Below, one piece after another: positions 9,698 to 18,593 of a DNA stretch of 64,000 bases. The position numbers and the translations under genes are program-made. The DNA comes from a bacterium (GTDB taxonomy: Bacteria > Bacillota_I > Bacilli_A > Izemoplasmatales > UBA1188): assembly GCA_017960565.1 (NCBI GenBank), contig JAGCYY010000006.1:36675-100674 (forward strand). Reading direction: 5' to 3'. Position 1 is the stretch's first letter. Each line of letters starts with the position of its first letter. The notes below the pieces were generated by a model. It saw only the letters and a program-made list of their open reading frames with translations, was not told where the DNA came from and ran no database searches.

Positions 9698-10708
9698 CTA
9701 CTTGATATAGATATGCTCTTGGAATCTCCATTGGTCTTCCATCATCTCTTCTATTCCGTATTTTGCCTTAAATCCTAGTTCATTGTATGCTTTAGTTGGG
9801 TCAGCATAACTAGCTGCTATATCGCCAGGACGTCTATCACATATCTTATATGGTATTTCTAAATTAGAAGCTTTTTCGAAAGCTTTTATTACATCCAAAA
9901 CAGAATACCCATTCCCAGTGCCTAAATTATAAATTAGAAGACCGTGAACTTTAGAAAGTTTGTCGATCGCAAGAACGTGGCCATAAGCTAAGTCAGATAC
10001 GTGAATATAGTCTCTTACTCCAGTACCATCTTTTGTATCATAATCATTTCCAAATACTCTAACATATGGTCTAATTCCAGCCGCTACTTCTGCAATATAT
10101 GGAACGAGGTTGTTTGGAATACCATTTGGCCTTTCACCAATTAAGCCAGATTTATGTGCGCCTACTGGATTAAAATATCTTAAGATTGCAATTTCCCAAG
10201 AATTATCTGAAGCATATAGATCTTTTAATATGCCTTCGATATATAGTTTCGTTCTTCCATATGGGTTAGTGGCATCTAATGGCGCTGTTTCTTTTAGAGG
10301 AACCTCTTTGCATAAACCATAAACTGTAGCGCTTGAAGAGAAGACAATTCTCTTGACATTATATTCTTTCATTGCTTCTAAGAGAACTAAAGTCGAATAG
10401 ATATTGTTGTTATAGTATTCAAGTGGTATCTCACATGATTCACCTACTGCCTTAAGTCCAGCAAAATGAATAACACCAGAGATATTGTTTTCTTTAAATA
10501 TCTTTCTTAATAATTCTTTGTCTCGAACATCGCCTTTATAGAATGATATTTTTTTATTTACGATTGTCTCTAATGTTTTATGGACTTCTTCTTTTGAATT
10601 ATATAGATTATCAATGATGACAACTTCATATTTATTGTTGTATAGTTCTACGATTGTGTGGCTACCGATATATCCCAGTCCACCTGTAATTAGTATTTTT
10701 CCCATCAC
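9698..10708 (-). CDS. galE: UDP-glucose 4-epimerase
   Basis: 336 aa. N-terminal Rossmann motif ILITGGLGYIGSH, catalytic YGRTK (YxxxK), and full-length GalE-like sequence (VRDYIHVSDLA, YNLGTGNGYSV). Confidence 0.9.
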   Translation of the reverse strand: MMGKILITGGLGYIGSHTIVELYNNKYEVVIIDNLYNSKEEVHKTLETIVNKKISFYKGDVRDKELLRKIFKENNISGVIHFAGLKAVGESCEIPLEYYNNNIYSTLVLLEAMKEYNVKRIVFSSSATVYGLCKEVPLKETAPLDATNPYGRTKLYIEGILKDLYASDNSWEIAILRYFNPVGAHKSGLIGERPNGIPNNLVPYIAEVAAGIRPYVRVFGNDYDTKDGTGVRDYIHVSDLAYGHVLAIDKLSKVHGLLIYNLGTGNGYSVLDVIKAFEKASNLEIPYKICDRRPGDIAASYADPTKAYNELGFKAKYGIEEMMEDQWRFQEHIYIK

Positions 10709-10742
10709 TAATTCCTCCCATTTTATTTTATCATAAACACAA

Positions 10743-10776
10743 ATAAAAAGAGTTATATTAGATGCAATATAACTCA
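10743..10776 (-). terminator. Rho-independent terminator of the ABC permease gene (overlaps its TGA stop)
   Basis: GAGTTATATT-agatgc-AATATAACTC (10750-10775), followed on the minus strand by TTTTTATTT. Confidence 0.7.
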
Positions 10777-11544
10777 GTTTCTTTTGATAATATATGCTGA
10801 TAAAGCTTCAACTAAGATCGCTAAAAAGATTAATATGAAAGTCCAAGCGAAGACAGTTGGATATTCTAACCACGACTTAGCATTTAAAAGCGAAAAGCCG
10901 ATAGATCTTTGTGTTTGAGAAATATATTCCGCCATAACCATAGCTTTAAATGATAACCCAATAGACTGTGCTAGTGAAATAGATATTTCGTTTTTTATTA
11001 ATGGTAAATATGATTTAGTTATCATATTGAATTTGTTTTTTGAATACAACCTGGCAACATATATATATGATTCATCGATGTTAGTTATTCCTTTGTATAC
11101 TGCTTCATATACTATTGGAATGATTAAGAGAATTGTCACAATGATTGGAGAGAAAGTTAAATCACCTAATCCATTCTGCCCAAACATAATTAGAATTATT
11201 AATATGATAGACGCAATAGGAAGAGCTCTCATTATTTTAATAAATGGTGATAGAAAATAATGGACTTCTTTTCTTTGACTCGATAATACACCGAGAACTA
11301 TTCCAAAAAAGACACCAATTATTAAAGATATCGATATTCTTATGAGTGTATAGAGAATCGTGAGATAGGTATCACCGCTTTTTAATATCTCAAAAAGAGA
11401 TGAAAAAACCGATGGTATTGAAGGCAATATTATATTATTGTCAATAATCAAATAGGCAAAAAGCCATATTAAAAATATGGCTAATACACCTAATGATTCA
11501 AATATATATTTTTTATAATTAGGCTTTGAAGTAGAACTCATCAT
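10774..11544 (-). CDS. ABC transporter permease (NitT/TauT-type binding-protein-dependent inner membrane component)
   Basis: 256 aa with 6 predicted TM helices. An EAA-like loop region (ARLYSKNKFNMITKSYLPLIKNEI) is typical of BPD_transp_1 permeases. Overlaps the upstream SBP gene by 26 nt. Confidence 0.7.
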   Translation of the reverse strand: MMSSTSKPNYKKYIFESLGVLAIFLIWLFAYLIIDNNIILPSIPSVFSSLFEILKSGDTYLTILYTLIRISISLIIGVFFGIVLGVLSSQRKEVHYFLSPFIKIMRALPIASIILIILIMFGQNGLGDLTFSPIIVTILLIIPIVYEAVYKGITNIDESYIYVARLYSKNKFNMITKSYLPLIKNEISISLAQSIGLSFKAMVMAEYISQTQRSIGFSLLNAKSWLEYPTVFAWTFILIFLAILVEALSAYIIKRN

Positions 11545-12448
11545 CTATGGTTCCACCTATTAATTTATCGTTATATTCATTGATGATGCTAAAGAATTTT
11601 TCTATGTTTTCTTTTGCAGCTTTTGCATCATTTAATTCGATTTCGCTTCTTGGGATTGCCTTTATTAGTTCATCTTTAGTAAATGAAGTATAAAGTGTTG
11701 AACCAAGTTCAGCTGATTCTTCTATATTTTTATTAACTTTATTCACAGAAGATTTTAAGTTAGATAAATATCTTTTTGCGATATTTGAGTCTAAATCGCT
11801 TCTTATAAATAGTGCAGCTTGAGGAAGATTGTTTTCTTTTGTGACTTTTGTATATTCTTCTTTTAAAGATATTGTTTTAAGGCCTTGAACTGCTCCTTCT
11901 AGTTTTGATAGCTGTGGCTCACTTATTAAGGCAACAATAGAATTATCCGCTATGAATGCTGACATGCTTTCTGCAACATTTCCAACATAAGATATGTTTA
12001 GACCGGTGATATTGTTTTTATCGAAAATATAATTCGCAACTATTGAACTCATCTGTCCTTGGCCAAATAACACGATATGTTTATCTTTGATGTCATCTAA
12101 TGTGAAATTACCATCTTTTTTGATTACTAGATAATAGTTACAATTTACTACAGTCGCAAGCAATTTATAATTTTTGTTGTTTAAATACATCTTTGCGCCT
12201 AAGTTGAGTGGTGCATAGATGAAATCATATGATTTAGATGTGAAAGCAGCCGATAATGAGTCAGCACCTTGAACCAGATCTATTTTATAGTTATATGCTT
12301 CTTTTTCTTTTTGAACATACATCTGTGAAACTGCAGGAGTTCCCATAGGTGCTAGAATTTTAATTTCTGTGGATTCTTTATATTTACCACAAGAAGCAAG
12401 TGTAAATAAAATTAATAATGAGATTATTGATAATATAATTTTCTTCAT
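11519..12448 (-). CDS. ABC transporter substrate-binding lipoprotein (NMT1/SsuA-like)
   Basis: Preferred start is ATG 12448 (MKKIILSIISLLILFTLASCGK, lipobox LASC) with AGGAGG RBS (revcomp of about 12457-12462). The 51-codon extension in the track has no RBS. Periplasmic-binding-protein-like sequence. Confidence 0.65.
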   Translation of the reverse strand: MKKIILSIISLLILFTLASCGKYKESTEIKILAPMGTPAVSQMYVQKEKEAYNYKIDLVQGADSLSAAFTSKSYDFIYAPLNLGAKMYLNNKNYKLLATVVNCNYYLVIKKDGNFTLDDIKDKHIVLFGQGQMSSIVANYIFDKNNITGLNISYVGNVAESMSAFIADNSIVALISEPQLSKLEGAVQGLKTISLKEEYTKVTKENNLPQAALFIRSDLDSNIAKRYLSNLKSSVNKVNKNIEESAELGSTLYTSFTKDELIKAIPRSEIELNDAKAAKENIEKFFSIINEYNDKLIGGTIDDEFYFKA

Positions 12449-12497
12449 TTTTCTTATCCTCCTTGACAATTCTAATACATAACATATAAAATATGCT

Positions 12498-12511
12498 GTA
12501 ACATATGTTAC
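12498..12511. promoter_or_regulatory. Perfect 14-bp palindrome GTAACATATGTTAC in the divergent crp-like/ABC intergenic region; candidate Crp/Fnr-family box
   Basis: Read directly. Lies between the SBP start (12448) and the crp-like start (12519), immediately upstream of the GGAGGA RBS of the regulator. Confidence 0.45.
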
Positions 12512-12518
12512 GGAGGAT

Positions 12519-13127
12519 ATGATGTTTAATAATTTTTTATTGAAAGATATTAATATAGATGTTCCATATGAGGTTAGAAAATATAAGGCTTCTTCTACCA
12601 TCTTTTTTGAAGGAGATAAGATGGTCTATGTTGGAATAATTGAAAAAGGAAATATCATAATTAAAACATCTAATATTGATGGGTATGAATTTGAGATACT
12701 CACAATAAAAGAAGGGAATATTTTTGGGGACATGCTTGCGATAGCGAATAAAGATGCACTTCCTGGAAACATTATTTCAAGCACTGATTCAACCATTGTT
12801 TTATTTAAGAATACAGATTTTATTAAACTCATTATGAACAATAAAGAATTCTTAAGTAGATATCTAAAATACACAGCAGAACTGAATATAGAAAAAACAT
12901 ATAAAATTAAATTATTGGGGCAGGCATCTATTAGAGAAAAGATATTTTTCTTTATGAAAGAAGAGATTAAAAAAACTGGTTCTAATAGAGTTATATTAAA
13001 TATGACAAAAGAAGAGCTCGCAACAGCTATGTCAACTAATAGGCCAAGTCTTTCAAGAGAACTTATGAGAATGAAAGCCGATGGAATAATTGATTATGAT
13101 AAAAAAAGCATTACTTACCTAAAGTAA
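12519..13127 (+). CDS. Crp/Fnr-family transcriptional regulator (cNMP-binding domain plus C-terminal HTH)
   Basis: 202 aa. Beta-roll-like FFEGDK...GIIEKG...GDML, and C-terminal HTH TKEELATAMSTNRPSLSRELMRMKADGII. No N-terminal Cys cluster, so Crp-like rather than Fnr-like. Confidence 0.8.
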   Translation: MMFNNFLLKDINIDVPYEVRKYKASSTIFFEGDKMVYVGIIEKGNIIIKTSNIDGYEFEILTIKEGNIFGDMLAIANKDALPGNIISSTDSTIVLFKNTDFIKLIMNNKEFLSRYLKYTAELNIEKTYKIKLLGQASIREKIFFFMKEEIKKTGSNRVILNMTKEELATAMSTNRPSLSRELMRMKADGIIDYDKKSITYLK

Positions 13128-13134
13128 TGCGTTT

Positions 13135-13662
13135 TTAATTATAAATTAATTCATATTCATATTCTTCTTTTATCCCTCTTTCGTCCGGATAAACTCTTTC
13201 TGATATATTTGTACGTTTAAATCCTAGTTTTTCCATTAGATGATAAGAAGGATAATTTCTTGTATCCGTATGAGCAATAAAATGATTATGGCCAAGGTTT
13301 CTCATATATTCTATTAAAGCTTTAGCTGCTTCATAGGCAATTCCTTTTCTTTGATGATTTCTATCTATAATCCAACCTATTTCTAACTTTAAATCATCAT
13401 ATATGTGCAGCGAAATTGATCCAACATGAATATTTTCAAAGATAATCGCAAAGTCGAGATTGATAGGTGGATTTTGAAGCCATGCCTTTTCATCCATATA
13501 AAGATAATAATATGAATCTTCTCTTGTCCTATTTTTTGATACGAGTAGGTATTTAGAATTTTCTTCATCTCTTGAATAAGCATCAAAGGTGTCGAGATAT
13601 GATCTATCAAGAGGTGTTAAGATAAGCCTTTCTGTTTTAATTATTATTTTCTTTTTCTTCAT
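13135..13662 (-). CDS. GNAT-family N-acetyltransferase (RimJ/RimL-like)
   Basis: 175 aa. Acetyl-CoA motif A-like HQRKGIAYEAAKALIEYM. ERLILTPL N-terminus is typical of the RimJ/L subgroup. Confidence 0.75.
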   Translation of the reverse strand: MKKKKIIIKTERLILTPLDRSYLDTFDAYSRDEENSKYLLVSKNRTREDSYYYLYMDEKAWLQNPPINLDFAIIFENIHVGSISLHIYDDLKLEIGWIIDRNHQRKGIAYEAAKALIEYMRNLGHNHFIAHTDTRNYPSYHLMEKLGFKRTNISERVYPDERGIKEEYEYELIYN

Positions 13663-14290
13663 TTGGTAATTGTTCAGGTGATTTATTCTCTTTATTGAAA
13701 GATGAGACTATCAAATTGATTAATATTGCACCAATTGAATTTCCAAGAATATATATAAGAAATGCGATAAACGCAAATGGTGTAAATGATTGATATCCAC
13801 ATACATAATAGAATAAATTTGCGATACAGTGTTCAAATCCAGATAATATAAATACCATTATGCAAATAATTACTATTAATATTGATTTTGTTTTCCTATA
13901 CATTAATACTGCAAGATGAATGATAGCTCCACAAAGAAGTGAATCAAATATCATTTGATACCATGTTTTATCTAATTTTGCTTGAACGATTGTAGCACAT
14001 TCATTCACAACTGCTTGATTAGAAAGGCCCATGAGTGCCACAAGAGCTATACCCACAAAATTAAATATAATTATCAATAAGAGATTGATGATCATTTCTT
14101 TGTTGAATTTGATTTCTCCTATTTTCCCTGTATAGAGATTCGCTTCTAAGACAAATACACTAATGAGACCAAGAGAAAAGAGAAATGCTCCAACATATGG
14201 ATTCCCTTTACTAACACATGATGTATATACAAAAGCACCAAGCCCTATTAATATACCAGCAAGGATTGATTTAAGAATTAACTTTTTCAT
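13637..14290 (-). CDS. Formate/nitrite transporter (FNT) family protein, short form
   Basis: 217 aa. KSILAGILIGLGAF, LEANLYTGK and GFEHCIANLFYY match the FNT signatures (L.TG and FEHS.AN). Confidence 0.75.
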   Translation of the reverse strand: MKKLILKSILAGILIGLGAFVYTSCVSKGNPYVGAFLFSLGLISVFVLEANLYTGKIGEIKFNKEMIINLLLIIIFNFVGIALVALMGLSNQAVVNECATIVQAKLDKTWYQMIFDSLLCGAIIHLAVLMYRKTKSILIVIICIMVFILSGFEHCIANLFYYVCGYQSFTPFAFIAFLIYILGNSIGAILINLIVSSFNKENKSPEQLPNEEKENNN

Positions 14291-15587
14291 TTTCTTTCAC
14301 CTCTTCTTCTTTAAGTTTAGTTTTAGGTTGTATCTTTATTGATTCAAGAAGTTTTCTAAATTTGATTCTTCTAACATAGTGCATAAATGATGAACATAGA
14401 ACGAATCCAAAACTGATTCCAGCTAGAACTAAGAGACACTGTAGGGCATTTTCCATAAACAATGTTCCATTAGCCCATACAACACCTAACATTGAATAAT
14501 ATAATAGATCTCCTGGAATGATTGGAATTATTGATGGATATAAATATAGTGTTGAAGGTTCTTTTTTGATGTTTGCGAGTATTTCTGAATATAAAGCAGC
14601 GAAGAATGCAGCAATCACTGTGTATAGAATTCTATAAGATGTTAGATGACTTAAAAGAATAATTGTGATTCTTATGATTAAGCCACCCATTGCCCCAAAT
14701 GCTAAATCTTTTGGATTGATATTGAATACTATACTAAATCCAAAAGATGCTAGAAGTGATAAACCTATTAATTCTATATCGTGTAATAGGCCTTCTCTTA
14801 CTACGATTGAATCTTCTAAATTTGGAAGAGATGAACCAAATAAGAAGAATGCTGAGGCAATGCCGGCCACAATTACAATTACTTCCAATATGACTTTTAA
14901 GAGTTCTATTATACCATTCATTTCATTACCACATAGAATATTTCTTGCTGAGTTGACCATCGCAACACCGGGGAGAAGATATAATGCGCTAGTTATGATT
15001 GTTACATAGAAGTTCGTTATTAGTTCTATTTTAAAAAACAATATCGTTAAAGATCCTGTTATAAATGTTGCTACAAAATTTCTGATTATATGATTTAGTT
15101 TTATTTTGCTAAATAATTTTGATAAGAAATATAATAAAACCGTATTAAAGATAGCTACTATTAGTTCTCTATATGTTGCACCAAATATTCTAGAAAGACA
15201 TGACATTGCGAGTATGTACCCAAGAAAAGTAACCCACCATGGGTAGGTGTTGTGGTTTATTGATTCTAGTTTTTCATCTAAAAGTGCTGCATTTGGTATA
15301 TCTCGTACAATTTCATAAGAAAGATTGTTTAAAGCTTTAAGTCTATCAAGATTTAAAGAAAAACTTGATTGTATAGAGATTTGTCTTTGTGAATATTCAC
15401 CAGTTTTGGAATCTGTAGCACTGACAGAGATAAATGTGCTTAAAGAATGCAAAGAGATATTATCTAGTTCATATGCATTACATATTTTCATTATTGTCAT
15501 TCTAACACGCTCTAGGTTTGCACCAGATAGAATTAGTTCTCTTGCGATTTTCGTTGCGAAGTCTAATACGTACTCAATATTATTCAT
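14271..15587 (-). CDS. Threonine/serine exporter family protein (fused ThrE/YjjP-YjjB, DUF1212+DUF3815)
   Basis: Start chosen at ATG 15587 (MNNIEYVLDFATKIARELILSGANLERV), with GGTGA RBS 4 nt upstream. About 10 TM helices. The N-terminal sequence is typical of ThrE-family proteins. Confidence 0.65.
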   Translation of the reverse strand: MNNIEYVLDFATKIARELILSGANLERVRMTIMKICNAYELDNISLHSLSTFISVSATDSKTGEYSQRQISIQSSFSLNLDRLKALNNLSYEIVRDIPNAALLDEKLESINHNTYPWWVTFLGYILAMSCLSRIFGATYRELIVAIFNTVLLYFLSKLFSKIKLNHIIRNFVATFITGSLTILFFKIELITNFYVTIITSALYLLPGVAMVNSARNILCGNEMNGIIELLKVILEVIVIVAGIASAFFLFGSSLPNLEDSIVVREGLLHDIELIGLSLLASFGFSIVFNINPKDLAFGAMGGLIIRITIILLSHLTSYRILYTVIAAFFAALYSEILANIKKEPSTLYLYPSIIPIIPGDLLYYSMLGVVWANGTLFMENALQCLLVLAGISFGFVLCSSFMHYVRRIKFRKLLESIKIQPKTKLKEEEVKENEKVNS

Positions 15588-15636
15588 GTTTTCACCTACC
15601 ATAAATAATTATAATATTTTATTTTAGATTGTAAAT

Positions 15637-15663
15637 AGAAAAAGAGACAATAAAGTCTCTTTT
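15637..15663 (-). terminator. Rho-independent terminator after the XRE-family gene
   Basis: AGAGAC-aataaa-GTCTCT (15643-15660), with an A-run before and a T-run after on both strands. Confidence 0.7.
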
Positions 15664-15698
15664 CAGTGTACATCAAGTCATATTTATTGTTTTAAATA

Positions 15699-16391
15699 TT
15701 AATCATCTTCATCAAGTTCTTTTGTTTTTAAAACATATTTATCTATTGGGTCAGCAATAGTATAGAAAATCGGAATTGAAATAAATAATATCCACATTGG
15801 ATGCCACAATGAATATTCCATTCCAAGGTAGCAGAATACTGCAGTCACTAATACTGGATATAAGAATTTAGTAACTCTTTTTTTAAATATTGCTTCAAAT
15901 ATGGACATTATAACTGGCATAAGAATCCAAAGCACCCATGAAACATACCATTTATCAAACATAAAAGACCAAATTAGATAAGCAATTAACGTTAATATAG
16001 TTATTACACCATCTATTACTGAAAGAATGATGGTTCTTTTTTTATTTAATGGCTCTTCAGTTCCATCTTTATTAATAAATCTAACGTTTTTGTTTTTGAT
16101 TTCTATTGCTTGTCCTTCATCATCTGACAGTTTTATTGATTCTTCTTCCGATTTATCTAATGTTCTTCTTCTAATTTCTTCATTTGATTCATTATCATAT
16201 AATAATTCATCTAATGACATATCATATAATCTCGCAAGAACAATTAGATTATCTGTGTCTGGAGATGATTCAGCTCTTTCCCATTTAGATACTGCTTGTC
16301 TTGATATACCAAGTTTATCAGCAAGTTCTTCTTGTGAATATCCATTTTCTTTTCTTAGTTTTTGAAGTCTATTAGCAATTTCAATATTCAT
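15699..16391 (-). CDS. XRE-family HTH regulator fused to a C-terminal 4-TM membrane domain
   Basis: N-terminus LRKENGYSQEELADKLGISRQAVSKWERAESSPD is a classic HTH_3. The C-terminal about 110 aa are hydrophobic helices. Confidence 0.8.
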   Translation of the reverse strand: MNIEIANRLQKLRKENGYSQEELADKLGISRQAVSKWERAESSPDTDNLIVLARLYDMSLDELLYDNESNEEIRRRTLDKSEEESIKLSDDEGQAIEIKNKNVRFINKDGTEEPLNKKRTIILSVIDGVITILTLIAYLIWSFMFDKWYVSWVLWILMPVIMSIFEAIFKKRVTKFLYPVLVTAVFCYLGMEYSLWHPMWILFISIPIFYTIADPIDKYVLKTKELDEDD

Positions 16392-16506
16392 AATTCTTCC
16401 TCCATCTTACACCTATAATTTAGCAAATTTCTTGGTTGCATTCTACCAAATCTAGTTTGAAAATGCGCAACTATTGGTTTCATTTGGGTTTATTATATAT
16501 ATTATA

Positions 16507-17823
16507 CTAATATTTTAATAGATATTCATCATATTCCCAAGAAGTAACTATTGTTTTGTATGTGTTCCATTCTTTTTCTTTTGAATCTATATAGATATCG
16601 GAAACAATAACGCCTAATGCATCTAATACTACTTTATCTTTCTTTAATTCTTCGATAGCTTCATGAAGATTTTCTGGTAGAGATTCAATACCTTTCATCT
16701 TTAGTTCATCTTTCGAGTAATTAAAAATGTTGTTGGAAACGAGTTTTGGTGGATCGATCTTGTTTTTGATTCCATCAAGACCAGATTCAATAATAGCAGC
16801 AAGAGCTAAATATGGATTGCATGATGGATCAGGGTTTCTTAACTCTATTCTTGCACCCTTTTCTGTCGCAAGAGGAATTCTAATTAGAGGCGATCTATTT
16901 TTGATTGACCAAGCGATGTTTGTAGGGGCTTCAAATCCCGATACTAGTCTTTTATATGAATTGATTATTGGATTTGTGATTGCAGCAAAGCCTTTAGCGT
17001 GTTTTAATAACCCACCAATAAAATATAAGGCTTCTTGTGATAATCCACCTTCTTTGTCTCCTTTAGTTATGTTTTTTCCATCTCTATTTAATGACATATT
17101 GGTGTGCATACCACTTCCAGCAAAGCCAAATAGTGGTTTTGGCATGAATGTTGCGAAAAGACCTTGTTCTCTTGCGATGGCTCTTGTGGTCAGTTTAAAT
17201 GTAATAATCTTGTCTGCAGCATCTAGTGCATCTGAATATTTAAAATCGATTTCGTGTTGTGATGGACCATTTTCGTGATGTGATGTTTCGATAATGTATC
17301 CCATCTTCTTTAATGCCAAGGATATAGACCTTCTACATATTGAACCTCTATCAACTGGGGCAATATCAAAATAACCACATGAATCTTTTATTGTTAGATC
17401 AGGATATCCGTCTTTGTTTTGTGGAAATAAGAAGAATTCGCATTCGGGGCCAACATTTATTTCTATACCCAAATCTTTGGCATCTTTAATAGCTCTTTTT
17501 AAAACATATCTAGGGTCGCCTTCAAAATGAATATCTCCTTTATAAACATCGCAGATTATTCTTGCGACTTTTCCTGGTTCCTCTAAGAATGGAAGAATAG
17601 TAAATGTGTTTAAATCTGGAACTAGTTTCATATCAGATTCTTCTATTCTTGCAAAGCCTTCAATAGATGAACCATCAAACATGCATCCGTTTTCTAAGAC
17701 GTTTTCTAGTTGGTCTTGAGTAATTGTCACACTTTTGATCATTCCAAAAATATCAGTAAACTGTAATCTAATAAATTCGATGTTTTCTTCTTTTGCCAGG
17801 TTTAAAATCTCTTCTTTTTTCAC
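16507..17823 (-). CDS. glnA: Glutamine synthetase type I
   Basis: 438 aa with a GTG start. IEFIRLQFTDIFG, ECEFFLF, GSGMHTNMSL and NRSPLIRIP are canonical GS-I motifs. Confidence 0.92.
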   Translation of the reverse strand: MKKEEILNLAKEENIEFIRLQFTDIFGMIKSVTITQDQLENVLENGCMFDGSSIEGFARIEESDMKLVPDLNTFTILPFLEEPGKVARIICDVYKGDIHFEGDPRYVLKRAIKDAKDLGIEINVGPECEFFLFPQNKDGYPDLTIKDSCGYFDIAPVDRGSICRRSISLALKKMGYIIETSHHENGPSQHEIDFKYSDALDAADKIITFKLTTRAIAREQGLFATFMPKPLFGFAGSGMHTNMSLNRDGKNITKGDKEGGLSQEALYFIGGLLKHAKGFAAITNPIINSYKRLVSGFEAPTNIAWSIKNRSPLIRIPLATEKGARIELRNPDPSCNPYLALAAIIESGLDGIKNKIDPPKLVSNNIFNYSKDELKMKGIESLPENLHEAIEELKKDKVVLDALGVIVSDIYIDSKEKEWNTYKTIVTSWEYDEYLLKY

Positions 17824-17866
17824 AATTTGAATACTCCTATCTTGTGTTTTTAATAAATTATTTCAT

Positions 17867-17930
17867 AATGTGAATTTTTTTCAATAGTTTTTTTAATAAA
17901 TCCATGTTTTTGCATATAAAAATTCACATT
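17867..17930. promoter_or_regulatory. 13-nt perfect inverted repeat pair upstream of glnA
   Basis: AATGTGAATTTTT (17867-17879) and AAAAATTCACATT (17918-17930) are exact reverse complements, 38 nt apart, 44-107 nt upstream of the glnA start. Confidence 0.35.
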
Positions 17931-18203
17931 TAGGCTTTTTAGCGGAAAGTTTTTATGATGGTAAGTGAATTTAATACAATATCTCTTAAGTTTCCTTCTT
18001 CTTATTATTTCTTCGAATAACAATTCATTGATATTCGCAATAATCGGCCTTATTATATCAATATCTGCAATCTTTATTTATAAAAAGATAAAAATACATT
18101 CCCTCTTTTATATGAAAAAGAAAATAATTTCAAAAAATCAATACAAAACAACTAAAATATTATAAAATATAAATATAAACTAAATTTTTTAGAGGTGAAC
18201 AAT

Positions 18204-18587
18204 ATGGCAGTAGCAAAAAAACCAGAACCAAAGAAACCAGCAGCTAAACCAGCTCCGGCAAAAGCCCCGGCTAAACCAGCTGCAAAACCAGCGCCAGCTA
18301 AGAAGGAAGTTAAGCCAGCTGCAAAAGCTCCAACAAAGGCGGCTCAACCAGCTAAAGCTCCGGCAAAAGCTGATCCAAAGAAAACTTACCACGTTGTAAA
18401 AAGAAAAGAAGACAATATGTGGGAAGTTAAACTTGCTAAGGTTGGTGATGCACAAGGTAAAGCTATCAAATTATTTAAGACTAAAGATGAAGCTACAGCT
18501 TATGTAGCAAAGATGGCTGAAAACCAAGGTGCAAATGTTGCGGTGCACGCATCTAAGGGCAAAAACAAAGGTAAAATTCAAAAGTAA
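18204..18587 (+). CDS. DUF2188-domain protein with Lys/Ala/Pro-rich histone-H1-like N-terminal tail
   Basis: ATG 18204 follows an AGAGGTG RBS. The N-terminal 60 aa are PAAK/PAPAK low complexity. The C-terminus YHVVKRKEDNMWEVKLAKVG...LFKTKDEATAYVAKMA matches the DUF2188 pattern (YHV...W.VK...F.TK.EA). Confidence 0.7.
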   Translation: MAVAKKPEPKKPAAKPAPAKAPAKPAAKPAPAKKEVKPAAKAPTKAAQPAKAPAKADPKKTYHVVKRKEDNMWEVKLAKVGDAQGKAIKLFKTKDEATAYVAKMAENQGANVAVHASKGKNKGKIQK

Positions 18588-18593
18588 TAAATA

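Noticed and set aside
10774-10776. Mollicutes genetic code 4 (TGA = Trp)
   Set aside because: The permease ORF ends at a TGA embedded in a terminator hairpin. Full-length conserved proteins throughout are obtained with TGA as a stop, so code 11 fits.
11519-12601. N-terminal extensions in the ORF track (also 33944-34567, 37032-39287, 43526, 53769, 60079-61389, 18195, 18749)
   Set aside because: In each case an internal ATG with a proper GGAGG-type RBS starts a recognisable signal peptide or conserved N-terminus. The upstream extension uses GTG/TTG or lacks an RBS.
16027-17278. Antisense ORFs inside the XRE-family gene and glnA (16027-16365, 16727-17278), and similar ones inside other genes
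   Set aside because: They are opposite well-supported conserved genes, with Ser/Leu/Phe-rich products and no translation signals.
17965-18165. A 66-aa hydrophobic ORF between glnA and the DUF2188 gene
   Set aside because: It has a GTG start without an RBS and a product rich in I, L, K and S, as expected from AT-rich non-coding DNA. It lies in the glnA promoter region.
18189-18455. Minus-strand 88-aa Cys/Trp/Phe-rich ORF
   Set aside because: It is the antisense reading of the AKP-repeat region of the DUF2188 gene, a compositional artefact.
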